In this document: in pieces, positions 26,392-32,179 of the stretch
Position numbering within the stretch: the stretch's first letter is position 1
Layout: every line of letters begins with the position of its first letter
Source of the DNA: Archangium sp.
Lineage (GTDB): Bacteria > Myxococcota > Myxococcia > Myxococcales > Myxococcaceae
NCBI GenBank assembly: GCA_031367385.1
Contig: JANLPS010000037.1
Coordinates: 1 to 32,179 of the forward strand
Direction: 5' to 3'
Length of the DNA stretch: 32,179 bases
Program-made: the position numbers and the translations under genes
Notes under the pieces: model-generated
The model's database searches: none
What the model was told of the DNA's origin: nothing
What the model saw: the letters and a program-made list of their open reading frames with translations, nothing else

Positions 26392-27837
26392 TTAGCGCCG
26401 AACCAGGGGGTGCCGCGGTGCTTGCTGGACTCGCTGCACCCAGCGTTCGACCTCTGTTGCCTCGGTGGGCATGCCGGCCGAGAGGTTGACCATGCCCTTC
26501 TTGGTCACCAGCACATCGTCTTCGATGCGCACGCCAATGCCGCGGTACTTCGCGGGCACGGTGAGGTCGTCGAGCTGAAAGTACAGCCCTGGCTCGATGG
26601 TCAACACCATGCCAGCGCGCAGCGGGCCGTAGCGGTAGTTCTCCATGCGTGCCTTCGCGCAGTCGTGAACGTCGAGGCCGAGCATGTGACTGATGTTGTG
26701 CAGCGAGTAGCGCTTGTAGAACTGGTTCTCGTCGGCCAACGCGACCTCGGCGCTGGTCTTCAAGATGCCCAAGCTGACGAGGCCTTCTGCGAGCACGCGC
26801 ATCGCTTGGCGGTTGGGCTCCATGAAGTCATTGCCCGGGCGCACGGCTTCGAGCGCCGCTTGCTGGGCCTGCCAGACCAAGGTGTAGATCTCACGCTGCG
26901 CGGGTGAAAAGCGGCCGCTCATCGGCACGGTGCGGGTGATGTCGGCGGTGTAGAGCGAGTCGCCTTCGACGCCGGCGTCGAGCAACAGCAGGTCTCCCTT
27001 TCGCAGCGCGGAGTGATTCTTCGTCCAGTGCAAAATGCAGGCGTTCGCGCCCGCTGCCGCGATGGTGCCGTAGCCCACGTCGTTGCCTTCGACCCTCGCC
27101 CGCATCGCGAAGAGCCCTTCGACCTCACGCTCATTGCTCGCGGTCGGCAGGCCGGCGATCACGTCTTCGAACCCGCGCTGCGTCGACGCGATGACCTCTT
27201 TGAGCAACTTCACCTCGAGTGCGTCTTTGATCAACCGCAGCTCGCTGAGCGCCCACGCGAGCTCTTTGTCGGGGGGCCGCTCATGCGCCGGGCTGCGGAG
27301 CGCATCGACCTTCGCCGACACACCGCGCAGCACCCTCGCGAGTGGAAACGAGCCGAGTGCGCTCGCCAGCTCATCGAGACCGCGCGCCTTTTCGACTCCG
27401 AAGCGGGCCTGGCTTTGCTCGACCCCGAGCCGAGGGCCGACCCAGAGCGCGCCCTTGTTGCGGTCGGTGAAGAAGGTCTCGTTGCTGTGCCCGGCGTTCG
27501 GCTCGACGAACAGGTGCGCGTCGTGCCCTGATTTTTGACGAGGCACCATCACCAGCACGCAGTCAGGCTCGTCGTTGCCGGTGAGCCAGAAGAAGTCAGA
27601 CCCAGGCCGAAACCGGTAATGGGTATCGTTTGCGCGAACCTTCTCGTGCCCGGTGGGGATGATCAGCACCTCCTTGGGAAACTTCTTCGACACCGCCGCC
27701 CGACGAGCAGCGAAGGCGTCAGCGAAGGGGTGCCGTTGCGGCAGCGTGGTCGAGTCGGCCTTCCACCGGGTGCGCATGAAGGTGAGCAGCGCCTTCGGGT
27801 TGACCGTGTCGCGCTTGGTCTCTTTGAGATACGTCAT
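26392..27837 (-). CDS. pepP: Xaa-Pro aminopeptidase (aminopeptidase P)
   Basis: YRFRP.SDF.WLTG, LHW, LLDAG...YTADITRT, SHMLGLDVHD, TIEPGLY, GVRIEDD. Confidence 0.93.
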   Translation of the reverse strand: MTYLKETKRDTVNPKALLTFMRTRWKADSTTLPQRHPFADAFAARRAAVSKKFPKEVLIIPTGHEKVRANDTHYRFRPGSDFFWLTGNDEPDCVLVMVPRQKSGHDAHLFVEPNAGHSNETFFTDRNKGALWVGPRLGVEQSQARFGVEKARGLDELASALGSFPLARVLRGVSAKVDALRSPAHERPPDKELAWALSELRLIKDALEVKLLKEVIASTQRGFEDVIAGLPTASNEREVEGLFAMRARVEGNDVGYGTIAAAGANACILHWTKNHSALRKGDLLLLDAGVEGDSLYTADITRTVPMSGRFSPAQREIYTLVWQAQQAALEAVRPGNDFMEPNRQAMRVLAEGLVSLGILKTSAEVALADENQFYKRYSLHNISHMLGLDVHDCAKARMENYRYGPLRAGMVLTIEPGLYFQLDDLTVPAKYRGIGVRIEDDVLVTKKGMVNLSAGMPTEATEVERWVQRVQQAPRHPLVRR

Positions 27838-29279
27838 TTCGGAGGTGACACCGGGGCATCGGGTGGAGAAATCGAGAACGGCCGCAGCGAAGAGATGGGC
27901 TCGTCGGCGGTGCTGGGGCCGAACTTGTCGGCGAAGTCGTTGAGCGCCTGAGCCACGTCGCGCGCGTTCGAGGCCAGCCGGCGAATCTCGCGTTCGAGCC
28001 GGGCGAGATCATCAGCCCCTTCACGAGAGATCTGGCTTCGGGTGGTGGCCTTGCGGTGCGCCGCCACCAGCAACGCCGTTCGTCGCAGCGCCTCGAGCGA
28101 GCGATCGATCGCGACTCGGTCATCGGCGTCGAGCTTGTCGATTGGCAGCTCCTTGAGGCCGCGGGCATTGCCTGCCCACACCCGGCCGAGCTGACCAAAC
28201 CCCCCTTCGGCCGAACGATCGAGGTCTTCGATGATCATCAGCGGCCACCCATGCATCGGAAAATCACGAGGAAACACCGAATACACGAACGCGCCATCGG
28301 CCCTCGGCGTCGCCTCGACCGTCAACGTCCCGAAGGGTACGTACAAGTGCCCAAGCTCAGCCGAGGCCTCGATCAACCGGCGCCTCAGCTGCCCGTTGAG
28401 CGGCGCCGAATCGCTCTGCAGCGGCGTGGTGCGCTTGAGCGTGGTCATTAGCTCGCGCACCTGATCGATGTGCACGACCACGTTGAGCGAATTGCCGCGC
28501 GAGTAGTCAGCGTGAAACACCCCGACCAGCTCGTACTCACCGGTCTGACAATTCACCGCGACCACCGGTGACCCCGAGTTGCCGCCCGAGAGCTGCGCGT
28601 CGACCACGAAGTCGTCGTGGTCCCAGTCTTTGTAGTCGTCATGGTCGAAGGCCGAAGTCACTCGGCCCTGCACCGTGGCCTTGAACGCCCCGAGGGGAAA
28701 ACCGCGCACTTCGACCACGTTGCGATCTCGCAAGGCCGAGCTGCGCCCGATCTTCCACGGCATCAGGTTGAGCGCGACCTTCGACTTCACTACCGCCATG
28801 TCGAGCGCTGGGTCAGTGACCACCTTGGTCAGGGGGATGTCGTCGCCTTGATAGGTGTCTTTCTCGTTGTCGACGATGTGCAGCTGGTCGGTGACCCGCT
28901 TGCAGCCCATGGGCACGCCGGTCACAGGGTGATCGTCGTCGGTCACCGCGGGCCACTCGGCGACGTGGGCGTTGGTGAGCATCAACGTCTCGCCGTTCTG
29001 CTTTCGGTACGCGAACCCGGTGCCATGCGCCGAGGCCACCCGCTTCGAGCGCTTGATCTGCCCATCGGGCGCATACGACAAGCACTCGTAGGTGGCCGAG
29101 GTGCGCAGGCAGTACGTGAAGTTGGTGTCGGGCTTGTTGGCGAGCTCGATCGCGTTCTTCGACAGCACCGAGAAGTCATCGGCGTAGGTGCTGCTGCAGT
29201 AGGGTGCTGTAGGTGCTTTGGTCACCGGCTTCGGTGCCGGAGTCGCTCCGACCAGCGCCATCAGCAACACAACGAGCAT
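27834..29279 (-). CDS. Secreted trypsin-like serine protease (S1) without PDZ, with a novel C-terminal region
   Basis: Signal peptide; GTGF, LTNAHV (His), DMAVV (Asp), GNSGSP (Ser). Confidence 0.88.
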   Translation of the reverse strand: MLVVLLMALVGATPAPKPVTKAPTAPYCSSTYADDFSVLSKNAIELANKPDTNFTYCLRTSATYECLSYAPDGQIKRSKRVASAHGTGFAYRKQNGETLMLTNAHVAEWPAVTDDDHPVTGVPMGCKRVTDQLHIVDNEKDTYQGDDIPLTKVVTDPALDMAVVKSKVALNLMPWKIGRSSALRDRNVVEVRGFPLGAFKATVQGRVTSAFDHDDYKDWDHDDFVVDAQLSGGNSGSPVVAVNCQTGEYELVGVFHADYSRGNSLNVVVHIDQVRELMTTLKRTTPLQSDSAPLNGQLRRRLIEASAELGHLYVPFGTLTVEATPRADGAFVYSVFPRDFPMHGWPLMIIEDLDRSAEGGFGQLGRVWAGNARGLKELPIDKLDADDRVAIDRSLEALRRTALLVAAHRKATTRSQISREGADDLARLEREIRRLASNARDVAQALNDFADKFGPSTADEPISSLRPFSISPPDAPVSPPK

Positions 29280-29288
29280 CTGCCCAGT

Positions 29289-30014
29289 CTAACGCGAAGC
29301 GATTGCCGCGCGCACGGCGCCGATGACGGTTGGCACTGCCACTTCGACGCGCAAAATGCGCTGGCCGAGGGAAACCGGTCGAAAGCCGTGCTTCACCAGC
29401 AGCTCGACCTCGAAGGGCACCCACCCTCCATCGGGCCCGATGGCCAAGACCACCCGTTGTTCACGCGGTACCGGGCCCAAAGCGTGCTCGGCGATGGGGT
29501 GGGGCACGAGGCGTACGGCGTCTTTGAACGAGGCCAGCTCGTCTTCGATGAAGGGCTTGAAACGGTCTCGCACTTCGATGATCGGTGCCACGGTGTCGCG
29601 CGCCTGCTCGAGGCCCAGGTCGACGAGCTCATCGAGAAACGCGGCCGCGAGCACCTTCGAATCGAAGTAGCTCTTCTCGACCCGCGCGGCGTTGATCAAG
29701 ATCACCCGGTCGACGCCGAGCGAAGCCACCGCGGGCACGACGCGCTTGAGCGCCTTCGGCCTGGGTATGGCGAGAATCAAATCGATGCCCGCGCGCGGCG
29801 GAGGCGGCTCGGCAATCGTCACCTGCAGCTCGAGCCCCGCTTCGCTCAACGACACCACGGTCGCGGTGCCGCACAGCCCGCCCTTGATGCCGACGCGCAG
29901 GGTTTCTCCTCCCTGTACCCGCAGCACTTCACGGGCGTGCAGATGCCGTCGCCCGGCCAGCAGCACCCGGCCGTCTGGCTCAACCTCGCGCGCCTCGAGC
30001 AACAGCAAATTCAC
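29289..30014 (-). CDS. rsmE: 16S rRNA m3U1498 methyltransferase RsmE
   Basis: H..EVLR, LA.PRPK, LEQARDT..P, LAIGPDGGW..FE, SLG.RILRVE.A SPOUT motifs. Confidence 0.9.
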   Translation of the reverse strand: MNLLLLEAREVEPDGRVLLAGRRHLHAREVLRVQGGETLRVGIKGGLCGTATVVSLSEAGLELQVTIAEPPPPRAGIDLILAIPRPKALKRVVPAVASLGVDRVILINAARVEKSYFDSKVLAAAFLDELVDLGLEQARDTVAPIIEVRDRFKPFIEDELASFKDAVRLVPHPIAEHALGPVPREQRVVLAIGPDGGWVPFEVELLVKHGFRPVSLGQRILRVEVAVPTVIGAVRAAIASR

Positions 30015-30070
30015 AGGCTTCGGCCTACCACGAAAGCACTCTTGCCACCGCGCGCCCCTCTAGGGCAAAG

Positions 30071-31264
30071 GTGCCTTCGTTCGAGTTCAGAAGGAGCCGC
30101 GCCCTGACGTTTCGTGAAGTCTGTCTGAAGTGCCGTCGCCCGAGAGCCGTGTGTTGGTGCGGGTCGGTGACGCCGGTCGACAGCACGACCCACGTGGTGT
30201 TCTTGCAGCACCCGCGCGAATCGAAGGTGGCGGTGAGCACCTGCCGCATGGCGCACCTGTCGCTGCCGAACTCCGAGCTGCACATCGGGCTCACCGCGGT
30301 TGGCAACGCGCGGCTCGAGGCCCTCTGCGCGCAGCCCGACACGGCGGTGCTCTTCCCTTCAGACAGCGCGATTGACGTGAGCCAGGTGACGACCGCTCCG
30401 AAGAACTTGATCGTCGTCGACGGTACGTGGTCGAACGCCAAGAAGGTGGTCGAGAAGTGCCCGGTGCTCAAAGCGCTGCCCAGGCTCGCGTTCACGCCCG
30501 ACAAGCCAGGCAATTACCGAATTCGCAAGGAACCCGCCGAGCACTGCCTGGCGACCATCGAGGCCACCGCCTTCGTGCTGGAGCGCCTCGAGCACGCGCC
30601 GGGCCGCTTCACGCCGATGCTGAGCGCCTTCGACGCGATGGTCGACAAGCAGCTCGAGTACATCGCCTCGACCGGCAACAACTCGCGGCACAAGCGTGTG
30701 AAGAAGCGCAACGGGCCCAAGCGCGACCCGCTGGCGGTGCTGCGCGACAACCCCAAGAACCTGGTGGTCGTGTTCGGAGAAGCAAACTCGTGGCCGCTCG
30801 ATAACCCTGACCGGCCCGCCGACAACCGGGCTGAGCTGATTCAGCTCGTGGCAGAGCGAGTCGAGACAGGGGCGCAGTTTCACGCGCTCCTGCGACCGGT
30901 GAGGCCGATTTCGCCGAGCGCGACGCGGCACCTCGACTTGAACGATGACCTGCTGCGCGAAGCCCCCGAGCGGGCCGAGGTGTTGGCTGCGTGGCAGGGC
31001 TTCTTGCGGCCCGACGACGTACTCGTGGGGTGGGGCCACTTCTGCCAAGACTTGCTTCACCACGAGGGCATCGACCGACCGTTTCTCGATGTGCGCTCGC
31101 TGTTGGCGCAAGCGCGTTCGCGACGGCCCGGGCCCGTGGAGTGCTTCTCAGACCTGCTCGGCGTCGAGCTGCCCAATGGTCAGGGCCGTGCCGCTCGCAG
31201 GCGGGTGGCGCTGACGGCGGTGACTCGCGCGATCGTCGACGGGCGGCTGCTGCCGCAGCGCTGA
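30071..31264 (+). CDS. DTW-domain tRNA-uridine aminocarboxypropyltransferase (TapT-like) fused to a degenerate DnaQ-like domain
   Basis: C..C.RP...C.C, LQHPRE, LFP, VVDGTW..AKK, Y.IRKEP....LATIEA; extra ~170-aa C-terminal domain. Start uncertain. Confidence 0.88.
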   Translation: MPSFEFRRSRALTFREVCLKCRRPRAVCWCGSVTPVDSTTHVVFLQHPRESKVAVSTCRMAHLSLPNSELHIGLTAVGNARLEALCAQPDTAVLFPSDSAIDVSQVTTAPKNLIVVDGTWSNAKKVVEKCPVLKALPRLAFTPDKPGNYRIRKEPAEHCLATIEATAFVLERLEHAPGRFTPMLSAFDAMVDKQLEYIASTGNNSRHKRVKKRNGPKRDPLAVLRDNPKNLVVVFGEANSWPLDNPDRPADNRAELIQLVAERVETGAQFHALLRPVRPISPSATRHLDLNDDLLREAPERAEVLAAWQGFLRPDDVLVGWGHFCQDLLHHEGIDRPFLDVRSLLAQARSRRPGPVECFSDLLGVELPNGQGRAARRRVALTAVTRAIVDGRLLPQR

Positions 31265-31297
31265 CCCGAGCGCGCGAAGACCCCGAAATTCAACAAC

Positions 31298-31837
31298 TTG
31301 AAGCTCGTCTTGAGCGGCAACTCGGTGGCCAGCGGGCCGATAATCACGCCTGGCGGTCAAGACCCGAACCCTGACGGAGCGACTCGCGTAATCGGCGCGC
31401 GGCTGCCCTCAGACCTGCGCACCTTGGGCGGGCGCCTGGCCGACGTTCTTAAACGTGCGAACGCGACCAACACGCCGGTCTTCGAAATCACCGTGCCCCG
31501 CCAATACGGCACCTCACCCGACCTCGCCGCGCTCTCATCGTCGAACTGGGTGAAGATCGAAAAACACAGCGAGAGCGGCTTCGTCGATACGAGCTTGGCG
31601 GCGGAGCTCAAGGCGCGTGGCATCACCGACGTCATCTTGATGGGCACCAACGAGCAGCAGTGCGTGCTGGCGACCGCAGGTGACGCGCTCAACTACGGCC
31701 TCGCCATTCACACCTCTCCGCAGATCGTGCAGTAGGCGTACAACGCCAGAGGCGAGGGGCTCCCGGAGGTGTACCGAAAGTACGGAGAGGTCAAGTCGAC
31801 TGCCCGCCACCTCGACGCCTTTGAAATGATGAAGTAA
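31298..31837 (+). pseudogene. Isochorismatase/cysteine-hydrolase-like gene remnant with in-frame TAG at 31733-31735
   Basis: IEK...SGF..T.L...L...GI..VILMG.NEQQCV..TA.DA...G is present; the N-terminal Asp motif (xxIDxQ) is missing; the frame continues 33 codons past the TAG to TAA 31837. Confidence 0.65.
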
Positions 31838-31957
31838 CGCCTCAGCCCAGTGTGAACCGCAAGAGACAGGCACACAGAGGTTACGCAGACCCACATTGAG
31901 AAGCGCCTGCCGCGCGGGCACATTTCACTCGGTCGGTCACTGACGAGGTGTCTTCGA

Positions 31958-32179
31958 ATGCGGGTTGGAGTCGCGATCGCACTGCTTGTGATGACGGCAG
32001 GGTGTGAGGGGTTGATCACCCTGGCATCGAACGCGCCTCCCATCGGAGCGCGCGGGCCCATCGACGTGAGCTGCGACGTCTCGCTCTACCCGGCCCGCGA
32101 GCGAAAGATCATCGAAGACACGCTGCTGGCCTGCGCCGGCAATCAGAGCAGGGCGGCCGAGCTGCTGGGCATTTCGCGG
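31958..32179 (+). CDS. Partial ORF: lipoprotein signal peptide joined to a Fis-type HTH (runs off the window)
   Basis: My translation: MRVGVAIALLVMTAGC...ERKIIEDTLLACAGNQSRAAELLGISR; GAGG RBS upstream; not in the supplied ORF track. Confidence 0.6.
   Translation, partial: MRVGVAIALLVMTAGCEGLITLASNAPPIGARGPIDVSCDVSLYPARERKIIEDTLLACAGNQSRAAELLGISR

Noticed and set aside
31733..31735. Pyrrolysine recoding of the TAG
   Set aside because: No pyl genes in the window and the gene is also N-terminally truncated; decay is simpler.

Overview
GC-rich bacterial chromosomal window that looks myxobacterial (Myxococcota-like). This is inferred from the gene repertoire: MshEN/HD-GYP/DUF4388 protein, Ser/Thr kinase with TonB-like C-terminus, FecR-like lipoprotein. 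Most of it is housekeeping or core: LysR with SnoaL/DoxX, FAD oxidoreductase, dgkA-like, rimO, NRDE, rnj, a DsbA-AlgH-BolA-GrxD-molybdo-oxidase-DUF2914 cluster, pepP, S1 protease, rsmE and a DTW protein. I found no integrase, transposase or CRISPR array. The most notable element is a self-contained + strand unit at about 8780-10310. It has an aberrant tRNA(CAT)-like cloverleaf, fused directly to a ~210-nt rod-shaped structured RNA ending in a U-tract, followed by a slipin/SPFH (band-7) gene with three N-terminal repeats. This is a candidate orphan ribonucleoprotein or RNA-repair-associated module. Secondary points: a DTW protein fused to a dead DnaQ-like domain, a degenerate c-di-GMP effector, an OM-barrel/FecR/kinase trans-envelope operon, a densely regulated 62-aa ORF, several leaderless-type starts, and a decayed right end (amber-interrupted isochorismatase fragment; lipoprotein-Fis HTH chimera). 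All calls are by eye; no database searches were run.
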